A DNA stretch of 64,000 bases from a virus: the IMG/VR virus record IMGVR_UViG_3300035438_000194, positions 1-64,000 of that record; one strand, 5' to 3'. The notes under the pieces were generated by a model. That model searched no databases, was not told the origin of the DNA, and saw only the letters and a list, made by a program, of their open reading frames with translations. Both the position numbers and the translations under genes were made by a program. This document shows positions 35,829-45,361 of the stretch, one piece after another; the first letter of the stretch is position 1; each line of letters begins with the position of its first letter.

Positions 35829-36488
35829 ATGAGAAACGCAGCTAAAGCAGGTGGTCCTGTTACTAAAAAGAAAAAATATAATACAGGTGGTGGTTTTATC
35901 ATGGGAGATCCCAAAAAAGCTATCAGAATAGATAATAGAATGGAGCGTTTGGGTGAAAGAAGTCAAAGACTTCAGAGTAAAGCAAATAATTCTAGTACCA
36001 TGAGCCAAAAAAGAGATGATAGGCTTATGGATAAAGTTCAAAAGATACAAGAAAAAAAAGGAGCATTACGTAAAGAACGCAATGCTTTAACTAATTATAC
36101 TGAAGGTTATATGGCAAAAGGTGGTGTGGTTAAAAAGAAAATGGCCAGTGGTGGTGCTGTTATAGCATCTCCTATTCAAACACGTCTAGGTAATAAACCA
36201 GTTGCTGGTGGTAACATGGCTAAAGGTGGATCTACATCTTTTGGTATGCTCTCTGTAAAAAAAGGAGTAGACAATAATCCTGCTCCCACAAAAGCTGATC
36301 AAATTGCAGGAGCTACTATGAAAAAAGGCGGTGGTGTAAAACACCCTGGATTCAAAGCAGTTCAAGCAAAGATTGCTGCTAAATCTGGTGTATCTAAAAA
36401 AGCTGCTGGAGCTATCTTAGCTGCTAGCACGCGTAAGGCTTCTGCTAAAGCAAAGGCTGCTAACCCAAGACTAAAGAGAGTTAAATAA
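35829..36488 (+). CDS. Lys-rich protein with repeated MxKGG motifs
   Basis: Six xxGG motifs; AAGAILAASTRKAS tail. Confidence 0.65.
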   Translation: MRNAAKAGGPVTKKKKYNTGGGFIMGDPKKAIRIDNRMERLGERSQRLQSKANNSSTMSQKRDDRLMDKVQKIQEKKGALRKERNALTNYTEGYMAKGGVVKKKMASGGAVIASPIQTRLGNKPVAGGNMAKGGSTSFGMLSVKKGVDNNPAPTKADQIAGATMKKGGGVKHPGFKAVQAKIAAKSGVSKKAAGAILAASTRKASAKAKAANPRLKRVK

Positions 36489-36490
36489 GA

Positions 36491-37198
36491 ATGAACAACA
36501 CAACCCTACAGCTTAAAATTAAGCAGAGACTTAACAAGCTTGATAGCCAAGACTATGACAACATTGAATGTTGGCAAATGGTTGAGGCTTTCAATAAGGG
36601 TCAGGTTGAATGGGTGAGACGTCAGATCCAAGGCTTGAACATTACCAAAACTGGTGATGAGCAAACTACCATGCGTGTAGATGACTTACAAAGACTTCTT
36701 ACAGAGGAAAGATTAGATATGACTTCTAGAGATAGTTTCTATGAGTCAGACCTACTACCTTCTAATTATATGTATTATAAGAGAGTTAATATCCATGCTC
36801 ACAAAGATTGTTGTGAGACCAGAAAGGATATGACTGTTACTTATCTTGCAGAAGAAGAGAACGTATCCTTACTTCTAGGTGATTCTTTAAAGAAGCCTAG
36901 TTTTGAATGGGGTGAAACATTCTGCACATTTGTGGGTAACCATCTTAGAGTTTATACAGGTAATGATTTTGAAGTAGCAACAGCTATCTTAATGTACTAT
37001 AGATTCCCGGTTAATGTTCAGTTTGCTGGATGCGTGGATCCTTATACATTACAAGCATCTGCAACAGATGTAGAGTGCGAGTTCAAAGATGATATTGCTG
37101 AAATCTTAGTTGATGAAGCAGTACAGATTCTTGCAGGAGACATGGAGTCAATTACTCAGTATCAGATAGCCCAGTCTACATCACAAAGCAATACATAA
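36491..37198 (+). CDS. Head-tail adaptor/ring-like structural protein
   Basis: 235 aa; position in head module; EILVDEAVQILAG. Confidence 0.6.
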   Translation: MNNTTLQLKIKQRLNKLDSQDYDNIECWQMVEAFNKGQVEWVRRQIQGLNITKTGDEQTTMRVDDLQRLLTEERLDMTSRDSFYESDLLPSNYMYYKRVNIHAHKDCCETRKDMTVTYLAEEENVSLLLGDSLKKPSFEWGETFCTFVGNHLRVYTGNDFEVATAILMYYRFPVNVQFAGCVDPYTLQASATDVECEFKDDIAEILVDEAVQILAGDMESITQYQIAQSTSQSNT

Positions 37199-37209
37199 AA
37201 TTATATATC

Positions 37210-37731
37210 ATGGCGGAAGCACCTAGAAATTTATTAAAGAGAGATTCAGAACCGGTTAAGAAAATTAGCAGACCTGTTGCTACAGTAACACAACCTAAAG
37301 AAGAATCTGCTAAACCTGAGCCTACTCCAGATGCTGGTGTTGGTGGTAGTTCATTAGATACTATGACTGCAGCTTGTGCAACAGAAATGATGAACGCTGC
37401 AGTAAGTTTTCATAGACTGCATCTCAAAGTAAAAGGTGATGGTTCATATGCCGCTCATAAAGCGTTGGGTGGATTCTATGAAGGATTGCACGGTTATGCT
37501 GATACACTTATAGAAGGTTATCAAGGTGTAGCTGAAAAGCTTTTAAGTTATAAAGATATGCCTATCCGTACACTAGATACTACAGCAGATGCGGTAGCTT
37601 ATCTTAGAGATATGTATAACTCTATCAATAAACTTCAAGGTATGATGCCTTACTCTGAGATAGTTAATAACTTAGATTTAGTTAAGGATTCTATTAACTC
37701 AACTAAATACAAACTACTTTTCTTGAAATAA
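37210..37731 (+). CDS. Dps/ferritin-like protein (DUF5856-like)
   Basis: HRLHL...SYAAHKALGGFYE...DTLIEGYQG four-helix-bundle signature. Confidence 0.75.
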   Translation: MAEAPRNLLKRDSEPVKKISRPVATVTQPKEESAKPEPTPDAGVGGSSLDTMTAACATEMMNAAVSFHRLHLKVKGDGSYAAHKALGGFYEGLHGYADTLIEGYQGVAEKLLSYKDMPIRTLDTTADAVAYLRDMYNSINKLQGMMPYSEIVNNLDLVKDSINSTKYKLLFLK

Positions 37732-37796
37732 TTTGGAGAATCTAAAAGTTCTTCTTATATTGAATATATATTTATAACCCTTAAAAAAACAAAAAC

Positions 37797-39095
37797 ATGG
37801 CTTATTTTAATCATGCCTTTCAAAAGATGTTTGTTGGAACCAGTGGTTTCCGAACAGCTGCTGGACAGTCTACGACTAGCCTTGATTTAGGAGAATTCAC
37901 TTTTGTGGATCCTAAAACTTGGTTAACTCCAGACTTAATTCCTGCTACTACTGTTAAGTGCCCATTGGTGCTTGTATCAGGTTCAATTCACGAAGGAAAA
38001 GACAAGATTGGTCCTTACCACGGTGGATATGCTGAGACTGTAAAGTCTAAGACTATCAATCCTAAGTATGTATCAGCTTTCTATCGCGTTGATCCATGTC
38101 CTGCACAACAAGCTCAACTTACAGTTGGTGCTACAGAGACTAGCTTTGAGACTGCTTCTTGCACAAAAGATTTCTTGTGTGGAGAAACTTACAACCTACG
38201 TGTTGACATCAAAGGTTCACCAGTATTGCGTACGTTAACTCGTAACACTTACTATACTGCTGCAGCTTATACAGGATGTTGCGCTGAGGATGCAATTGCT
38301 CCAGTAGCAGTTAATCCTTTGATTGTATACGTACAATGGGCTTACCAATTGTTGAACTCACCTTTGATCAATCCGTTCATTCAAGTAGGTATCACTTACA
38401 CTACTGATAGCGGTACAAGCTGGTCTGAACTTGGAGATGGTACTTCTTCAAAATCTAACTTAGATGAGTTGTTAGGATATATCCAAGATCCAACTTCTCT
38501 TCCTACAGTTGACCCTACTGCTGCTACAGATGGAGCTGGTTTGATTGTTACTGGCGCTTACGTTGATACACGCTTTAGCAACTGTACTTTCTACCCAAAT
38601 GATTCTATCATTGCTTTCTTAGAGCCAGTTAAGCTTTATGCTTCTGAAGTAGATCTTAATGGTGATCCATGTGCATTTAACGGTATCTGTGTAAATCAAG
38701 GTTGTCCTGGTTATCAGTTGAAAGGGTCAGGAGAGAATATCATCCGTGATCTTATCTTGACTGAAGGTTACATGCAACAACCTTTCTATACTGGATCTGA
38801 CTTGCGTATCCGCGAGATCACTAACGGTACAGATGTGTATGATGCAATTGATCGTTTCTCTACATACACTCGTTACTACTTGCAACACAGTGTACCACGC
38901 TTTAACAACCCTTCTGGAACATTTGATAATGACCAGTACTTGTTAGAGATTGTTACTGATGGTGATGATGCTGCTTTTGAAGCATTTGTTGCAGCATGGT
39001 TGACTAACGCTGGTTCTGATTGTGTAATATCTGACCCATATGGTTGTCCAGATGAGTGTGTTTACACTGAGCCTGCTATATTTCCGGTAGTCTAA
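37797..39095 (+). CDS. Abundant virion structural protein (auxiliary capsid/tail)
   Basis: 432 aa, strong codon bias, own promoter-like leader and terminator. Confidence 0.65.
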   Translation: MAYFNHAFQKMFVGTSGFRTAAGQSTTSLDLGEFTFVDPKTWLTPDLIPATTVKCPLVLVSGSIHEGKDKIGPYHGGYAETVKSKTINPKYVSAFYRVDPCPAQQAQLTVGATETSFETASCTKDFLCGETYNLRVDIKGSPVLRTLTRNTYYTAAAYTGCCAEDAIAPVAVNPLIVYVQWAYQLLNSPLINPFIQVGITYTTDSGTSWSELGDGTSSKSNLDELLGYIQDPTSLPTVDPTAATDGAGLIVTGAYVDTRFSNCTFYPNDSIIAFLEPVKLYASEVDLNGDPCAFNGICVNQGCPGYQLKGSGENIIRDLILTEGYMQQPFYTGSDLRIREITNGTDVYDAIDRFSTYTRYYLQHSVPRFNNPSGTFDNDQYLLEIVTDGDDAAFEAFVAAWLTNAGSDCVISDPYGCPDECVYTEPAIFPVV

Positions 39096-39111
39096 TCTTA
39101 ACTAAACTTAT

Positions 39112-39143
39112 AAAAAGGGAGGGAGCAAATCCCTCCCTTTTTT
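39112..39143 (+). terminator. Bidirectional-type intrinsic terminator
   Basis: AAAAAGGGAGGGA-GCAAA-TCCCTCCCTTTTTT. Confidence 0.85.
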
Positions 39144-39148
39144 ATATA

Positions 39149-39472
39149 ATGAAAACCTGTGAATATAGAAATTGTAGTAACGTCTTTAAAGAAAGAGGTC
39201 CTAAAAAGTTTTGTTCTAGAAACTGTAAGCAGTATAATAAACACGTTAACTGTGAAAAAAGAAAACTGATTAAGAAAATTAAGAAAAGACCCTATATTGT
39301 TTATAGAAAAAATTACTGCGAGAACTGTAAATTTGTAGCCTTACACAAGTGTCAACTTGATGTGGATCATATAGATGGTAACCATAAGAATAATGATCCA
39401 AGTAATCTTCAGACACTGTGTGCAAACTGCCACAGATTAAAAACTTACTTGAATAAGGATTGGATTCCATAA
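39149..39472 (+). CDS. HNH endonuclease
   Basis: CENC...VDHIDGNHKNNDPSNLQTLCANCH plus an N-terminal Cys cluster. Confidence 0.88.
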   Translation: MKTCEYRNCSNVFKERGPKKFCSRNCKQYNKHVNCEKRKLIKKIKKRPYIVYRKNYCENCKFVALHKCQLDVDHIDGNHKNNDPSNLQTLCANCHRLKTYLNKDWIP

Positions 39473-39524
39473 AAAAACTCCTTCCCTTTTTATTTTTTAC
39501 CTTATATCTTTGTAACTTAGTACT

Positions 39525-40079
39525 ATGGCACAACACGCACTCTCAATAGAAATTCCAGATGTTCTTACTACATGTATCTTTAGAGTTATTGATACAAGTA
39601 CATATAATGAGAACGTACCGCTGGAATGCCCTAAGCTGCAAATAACAGCTCCGGGATTTACCACTGCAACTGAGTTGCAACCAGGTACAGACTTCTCAGT
39701 TAATTACACAGCTTGTGATTTAGGTCTACAGCTAACTAACTGTGCGACAACTAGAAATGCAATACCTGACGGTGTGTATGTTGTTAGATATAGTGTAGCT
39801 CCCAATGAGACTGTTTATGTAGAGTATAACCACTTGCGTATTACTCAGGCATTGAACCAGATCAATGAGTTACTTTGTTGTCTTGATGTTCCTAGTTGCG
39901 AGCCTCAGGGACCAATTAAAACTAAATTACAAGAAGTGCAACTTCTTTGGACCATGTTGCAAGCTGCTAAAGCACGTGTAGAGTATTGTCACAATCCTTC
40001 TGAAGGTATGGCAATGTATACATATGTTATAGGTAAGCTTAGAAAGCTAGCTTGTGGATGCGGGTGCGGATCATGTTAA
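39525..40079 (+). CDS. Structural protein (Cys-rich)
   Basis: 184 aa; IPDGVYVVRYSVAP. Confidence 0.65.
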   Translation: MAQHALSIEIPDVLTTCIFRVIDTSTYNENVPLECPKLQITAPGFTTATELQPGTDFSVNYTACDLGLQLTNCATTRNAIPDGVYVVRYSVAPNETVYVEYNHLRITQALNQINELLCCLDVPSCEPQGPIKTKLQEVQLLWTMLQAAKARVEYCHNPSEGMAMYTYVIGKLRKLACGCGCGSC

Positions 40080-40100
40080 TAATTTAAAAACCAACATATT

Positions 40101-40232
40101 ATGAAATGTCCAAATTGTGGTGCAACGTTTACTTGCGGTTGTCAGAAGAGAGCAACTGCTGATGGAAAACAAGGATGTACAAAATGTATAGCTACCTTAA
40201 AGAAAGATAAGGTAGCATCAAAAATTAAATAA
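40101..40232 (+). CDS. Small Cys-rich protein (43 aa)
   Basis: Manual translation MKCPNCGATFTCGCQKRATADGKQGCTKCIATLKKDKVASKIK*. Confidence 0.7.
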   Translation: MKCPNCGATFTCGCQKRATADGKQGCTKCIATLKKDKVASKIK

Positions 40233-40238
40233 AACAAA

Positions 40239-41012
40239 ATGGCAGTAGCAACCTGTTCTTTTATAGATTGTAAGGGTGAGTTACCCGATATGCGTACAAC
40301 GGTGGCACTGACTCCTGCGCTATCAACTTTTCCTGCAAATCTTAATAACGTAATAGTTTATCTTGCTGAGTATCCTGACACTTGTTGGAGAGCTTTAAAA
40401 ACGGGAGACCCTGCGTTGCAATTGCCATACAATGTATTAAACGTATATACAGAATGCGCTGCTTGTATAGATGCTATACCCGTACCAGCTATAGTTAATG
40501 TTTATATTCTAGAAGACTGTTTAGAAGTTGAAGATCCTATATATTCTTTCTCATCAGCTCTTGAAGATGCTGTAGGTAAGGTTATAAAGATTGAAGGATC
40601 AGAACTTTGTTGGGGTGTATCAACAGTATTATTTGATGATCAAACTATTACTAATGTTGTAATAGCTACTAATAAAGCTGATGTTCCTCAGATATTTGCA
40701 GACTGTGAGTGCTGTCTTCCTACACCGGAACCAGCTCCTATTAAGTATACTAGAGTTATACCTAAGCCTGATAGAAAGTTTTATCAGATTAAGCAGAGCC
40801 AGTGTGATATAAAAGCTAACATACGATTTGCAGATGGATACTATAGACTATTCAAGCAATTAAAGTACGGTATAGATAGTCAATGTGATAATGTTAATCT
40901 AGAAAGATTGTGGATAAAAAAGAATCTATCTGATCTAGCGGTGATTAATGATCCTACAGCTTGTATTATAACTACTCCTGTTACTCCAGTTATTTGTCCA
41001 GAACCTAGTTAA
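40239..41012 (+). CDS. Cys-rich structural protein
   Basis: 257 aa with repeated CW...CxxC modules. Confidence 0.6.
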   Translation: MAVATCSFIDCKGELPDMRTTVALTPALSTFPANLNNVIVYLAEYPDTCWRALKTGDPALQLPYNVLNVYTECAACIDAIPVPAIVNVYILEDCLEVEDPIYSFSSALEDAVGKVIKIEGSELCWGVSTVLFDDQTITNVVIATNKADVPQIFADCECCLPTPEPAPIKYTRVIPKPDRKFYQIKQSQCDIKANIRFADGYYRLFKQLKYGIDSQCDNVNLERLWIKKNLSDLAVINDPTACIITTPVTPVICPEPS

Positions 41013-41040
41013 TTAGATAAAAATTTTGTAAATTATATAT

Positions 41041-42507
41041 ATGGCACTTCCAATTCAACCTTCAGATACACAAGCAGGATGCAATCCTGTTTCTAGTAAC
41101 TGCGTAATCTGGCAAGGGCCAGATATTCCATGCATTACATTATGCAGAGGGGATAGCATTTCTGATGTTACTTATAAGGTAGCAACAGAGCTTTGCACAT
41201 TAGTTAATCAACTTGATATTGTTAATTTTAACGTATCGTGTTTTCCTCCTATTTGTCCTAAGCCTGAAAATATTAATGATCTAATTCAATTTATATTAGA
41301 TCAACTTTGTCTATTACAGGGCGATGTAGCTACTACTAAATCTAATACAGGTTTTGATTGCACTGATGCTTTAAACTGTCAAATATCAATCGCGCCTTGT
41401 TTCCAATACACTAATGCATTTGGTGACTTAGTTACTCAAATGTCTTTGAGCGATTATGCTACAGCTATTGCTACTAAAGTATGTGATATTGTAGATGATA
41501 TTACAACTATCAATGCTACACTTGTAACTATTGATGGACGCTTAGATGTACTTGAGGCATGTGTACTTCCATGCACACCTCCTGTATTTAATGTAACCAT
41601 TCCTACTAGCTGCTTATCAGCTGAAACAGATATTCCACTTGAGACATTTGTAGAAGATCTTGAGGCTGCTTTCTGCGCATTGCAAACAGCAACTGGTAAT
41701 CCTACTGAAATTGCAGGTGCTATTGCTCAGCAATGCATTAACTTAGATACTACTCCAACTATTAATAATGCAGCTGTTACTTACAATGCATTACCAGGTT
41801 GGGTAAATGCTGGTTCATATAATACAATGGCGGATGCTATTAACAATATGTGGATTACAATCTGTGATATCAGAACTGCTGTGCAAAGTGTTGTAACTAA
41901 CTGTTGCAATCCAACATGTGCTGATGTGGATATTACAATGACCTCTAGCTTTACTAGCCCTAACTTATCACTTGTATTTAATGGTACAGCACCCGGTTTC
42001 TCAGATTGTTATCCTGCAGGTATGTATGTAACAATTACAGATGCTTATGGAGTATCTTATATAGAACAGGTTTCAGTTATTCCTAACTTAGGCGCTGGTG
42101 CTCAAATTATTGATCTTACATTATCAGGATTGAACTTATTTACAAACTTCACAGTTCAGTTAAATGTTTGTGCTGATAGTGCTGGTCTTAAGTGTAATGA
42201 TACTATTATTCAAACTGTTGAGAATACAGCGCTTTGTCCAGCTATGACTTATGCAGCTGAAACAACCTATATTGACTATACATTTACTAACCCATTGTCC
42301 AGTCCTGTAACATACATTATTGAATGTTGGAACTCAGGTCTTACTGCAATCATTGCATCGAGCACTGAAGTGAATCCTGCAGCTGGTGCTGTAACAGGAT
42401 CTATTACAGGTCTTGTAGCAGCAACTACATATAAATTACGTTTAAGAACAATCATTGGTTCTACAATCAGAGACTGCTCTTATACATCAGTAACTACTAA
42501 ACCCTAA
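41041..42507 (+). CDS. Cys-rich fibre-like structural protein with C-terminal FN3-like domain
   Basis: SSNCVIWQGPDIPC; GLVAATTYKLRLRT. Confidence 0.65.
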   Translation: MALPIQPSDTQAGCNPVSSNCVIWQGPDIPCITLCRGDSISDVTYKVATELCTLVNQLDIVNFNVSCFPPICPKPENINDLIQFILDQLCLLQGDVATTKSNTGFDCTDALNCQISIAPCFQYTNAFGDLVTQMSLSDYATAIATKVCDIVDDITTINATLVTIDGRLDVLEACVLPCTPPVFNVTIPTSCLSAETDIPLETFVEDLEAAFCALQTATGNPTEIAGAIAQQCINLDTTPTINNAAVTYNALPGWVNAGSYNTMADAINNMWITICDIRTAVQSVVTNCCNPTCADVDITMTSSFTSPNLSLVFNGTAPGFSDCYPAGMYVTITDAYGVSYIEQVSVIPNLGAGAQIIDLTLSGLNLFTNFTVQLNVCADSAGLKCNDTIIQTVENTALCPAMTYAAETTYIDYTFTNPLSSPVTYIIECWNSGLTAIIASSTEVNPAAGAVTGSITGLVAATTYKLRLRTIIGSTIRDCSYTSVTTKP

Positions 42508-42511
42508 TTAA

Positions 42512-43060
42512 ATGGCTTGCTCAAATTGTAATTGTAATAATAACACATGTGGTTGTAAGGATACTCCCCTTACAACTGCACCTGTATATACATGCCCTCC
42601 CGATATAACTTGCCCGGATCCAACTCCGTGCTATGAGACTATCCAGGACACTTGTGTAAAACACAGTTCTCTATACTCTATATATCAGTTTGGTATTGGT
42701 ATAGCTAATAATGATTATTATCCGGTACTATCTGCAGGTGCATCTTTAGAAAATGCATATCAAGCATTATCAGTTGGAACTCTAAATACAGACTGTCTTC
42801 CTCCTATTAATGTGCATCCTAGTTACGTGGGTACAACAGCTATTATACTTAACTGGGAAGATACTGGTGCAGATAGTTACACTGTAGATTATGGTACAGT
42901 ACCAGGTGTGTATACAACTACACCTAGCTTAACAACTCCTACATTTACACTTACTCTTTTAAATTCTAATACCAACTATTATTTTAGAGTAAGAACAGAT
43001 TGTGATGGCGATAGTTCTATTAGCGCAACCATTATAGTAAAGACATTACCCGTATTATAG
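42512..43060 (+). CDS. Cys-rich protein with fibronectin type III domain
   Basis: ILNW...SYTVDY...LNSNTNYYFRVRTDC. Confidence 0.7.
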   Translation: MACSNCNCNNNTCGCKDTPLTTAPVYTCPPDITCPDPTPCYETIQDTCVKHSSLYSIYQFGIGIANNDYYPVLSAGASLENAYQALSVGTLNTDCLPPINVHPSYVGTTAIILNWEDTGADSYTVDYGTVPGVYTTTPSLTTPTFTLTLLNSNTNYYFRVRTDCDGDSSISATIIVKTLPVL

Positions 43061-43096
43061 TCCACGTTTGTTGGTTTAGCGTGACTAAACAGGAGG

Positions 43097-43123
43097 ACCC
43101 CTGGGCGAAGGCTCGGGGGTTTT
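43097..43123 (+). terminator. Intrinsic terminator
   Basis: ACCCCTGGGC-GAAG-GCTCGGGGGT-TTT. Confidence 0.7.
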
Positions 43124-43199
43124 CTACTATATTTGTTTAGTAATCAGTAATGTATTACTTTTAAAGCTGCGAGAAATTTTGTAAATTATAGTAGGGGAT

Positions 43200-43790
43200 A
43201 TGGAAACTTTTGAAAAAGTAGATCTTAGTTTACCTAGATATAGGGCTAAGGCACATGAGGTGGACGGTAAAGACTTCTTTAAGGCTTTATGTAAGAAGAT
43301 GCCAAAGGCTAAAGAGCTGGGTCATTCTAAAGTAAAGAAACTTATAAAGGCATTCAATGAGAGCATCACTGATGTTGTTATTGAAAACCGAGATGGAGTT
43401 GAACTATTAGAAGGCATAGGATACATCTTTATACTTAGTTGTAACATTAAGGTTAAAGAGAATGTAGACTACGCCAAGTCTAAGAAGTATGGTGTAAAGG
43501 TTTTGCATAAGAACTGGGAGACAGAAGGTAAAGTTGGTAAAATAGCTTACACTAACTGTAAGGTAAAATATAAGATCAAAGACAGCAATGTGTGGTTGTT
43601 TAGACCATGCAGAAGATTTAAGAAAGCTGTCTCCAAAGCTTATGTTGAAGACTGGACAAAATATATTGAACTAGCTAGAAATGAAAAGGTTTCTGCTCTG
43701 ATAGACAGACAGGTTAAACAAAGAGACTATGGTAGGAAACTAACGTCACAAAAGCTAGAGACTTATAATGAATTTGATTTAAACGATTAA
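43200..43790 (+). CDS. Divergent HU/IHF-like basic protein
   Basis: Helix pair then VELLEGIGYIFI and FRPCRRFKK; crAss-like position before the tail genes. Confidence 0.55.
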   Translation: METFEKVDLSLPRYRAKAHEVDGKDFFKALCKKMPKAKELGHSKVKKLIKAFNESITDVVIENRDGVELLEGIGYIFILSCNIKVKENVDYAKSKKYGVKVLHKNWETEGKVGKIAYTNCKVKYKIKDSNVWLFRPCRRFKKAVSKAYVEDWTKYIELARNEKVSALIDRQVKQRDYGRKLTSQKLETYNEFDLND

Positions 43791-43791
43791 C

Positions 43792-44457
43792 ATGAATACA
43801 ATAGGAGAAGCAATATCAAGGGTTAGAAACGGTATCAAAGCTGTTGATACTGATTCCTTCATCACTGATAGATTGATATACAGTAACATTATTAAGTATG
43901 CTAAGATGTATATCAAACAACAAACAGCTCAAAGCAGTCAGACTAGATTTAATAGTCTTTATGTTAAGCTTCCTTGTGTGGATCTTATTGAAGTAGACAA
44001 AGTAGAAGCATGCTGTGAGGTTAAGTCTGGTGTTCTTATTAAGAGAACAAAAGACAAACTACCGGGTGTACTAGAGGGTGGTCAGGGTTTATTACTTAGA
44101 ACCGTGGCATCAGTAGATAACTCTATTGAAGCTTACAGAAGCACACCACAGTTTTATACTGCTCAACAGAAAACATCTGGAGCACGTTACAACAAAACAA
44201 AATATTACTGGTATCTTAATGGGTATTTATATCTACCTAATGTAGACTGGGATGCAATCACTATAGAAGGAATCTTTGAGAATAAGTTAATGCCTACATG
44301 TGATGATCCTTGTGCACCTATTCAAGACCAGTTTCTCAATATACCTGCAGAGTTGTTTGCTCAAGTAGAGCAGCAAGTTATTAATGACTTTATCAGAATG
44401 TCTCAGATTAATACTGATCCAGCTATTGCGGATAAACAATCACAACTTAGATCATAA
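43792..44457 (+). CDS. Tail ring/adaptor protein
   Basis: 221 aa; YYWYLNGYLY; position. Confidence 0.6.
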   Translation: MNTIGEAISRVRNGIKAVDTDSFITDRLIYSNIIKYAKMYIKQQTAQSSQTRFNSLYVKLPCVDLIEVDKVEACCEVKSGVLIKRTKDKLPGVLEGGQGLLLRTVASVDNSIEAYRSTPQFYTAQQKTSGARYNKTKYYWYLNGYLYLPNVDWDAITIEGIFENKLMPTCDDPCAPIQDQFLNIPAELFAQVEQQVINDFIRMSQINTDPAIADKQSQLRS

Positions 44458-45359
44458 TGAACTACAACTACACACTTAAATATAGAACCTTTACTTCATT
44501 ACTTGAAGATGTAAGAACAGACTTGAAGAGTCTAACTACTGATGGTGTAATTGATCCTTCTCAATTGATCAAAGTTGCTATGAGAGTTAACTATGATCTT
44601 GGTCTTAGAATCTACATGACTAAGGAAAGAGTATTAACTATTGAGAAAGGTAGAGTTAGATTACCAGATGACTTCTATGTAATGAACTTTGCTATGCTAT
44701 GCGGTGAGCAAACGGTTAGTACTGTTAGCCCGCAAGGTACTAATATTCAAGAAGTTGTACCAGAGTACAGACCTTGGATTGATGAGCTACCTTGTACTAA
44801 TGATATAAATCTTGGAGAGAAAGCGTGTCTTACCAAATGCGGTAACAGCTATGAACTTATCCAAGTTATTGGTACTCAGGAGAGAACATACAAGTTAATG
44901 GAGCCTGTATCTTTTAAGAACTCTCAGTATGTAGATTGTGACTGCCCTAACTTAAGTTACAGAAGTCATAATGCTGCTTATATAAAAGATGGATGGATCT
45001 ACATAAACCTTGAAGACGGTAAGATGTATCTTAACTACCAAGGTACTCTTGAGGATGATGAAGGTGACTTGATGGTACCAGATCATCCAATGATCAATGA
45101 GTACTATGAATATGCCCTTAAGAAACGTATACTAGAGAACTTAATTATGGACGGTGCTAATGTAACTAACCAATTACAATTAGTTATGCAAGAGTACAGA
45201 ACCGCTAGAAACTATGCACTCTCTATTGTTAATACTCCTAACTTCTCTGAGATGGAAAAAGTATGGGCTATGAACCGTAAAGCAATGTACGCTAAGTACT
45301 ACGATATGTTCAAGTCTTACTTTATACCAACTAAGTTTAATATAAATAACGCTGTATAA
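44457..45359 (+). CDS. Tail tubular/ring protein
   Basis: 300 aa; RLPDDF, YIKDGWIY; directly before the stabilisation protein. Confidence 0.65.
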   Translation: MNYNYTLKYRTFTSLLEDVRTDLKSLTTDGVIDPSQLIKVAMRVNYDLGLRIYMTKERVLTIEKGRVRLPDDFYVMNFAMLCGEQTVSTVSPQGTNIQEVVPEYRPWIDELPCTNDINLGEKACLTKCGNSYELIQVIGTQERTYKLMEPVSFKNSQYVDCDCPNLSYRSHNAAYIKDGWIYINLEDGKMYLNYQGTLEDDEGDLMVPDHPMINEYYEYALKKRILENLIMDGANVTNQLQLVMQEYRTARNYALSIVNTPNFSEMEKVWAMNRKAMYAKYYDMFKSYFIPTKFNINNAV

Positions 45360-45361
45360 GT

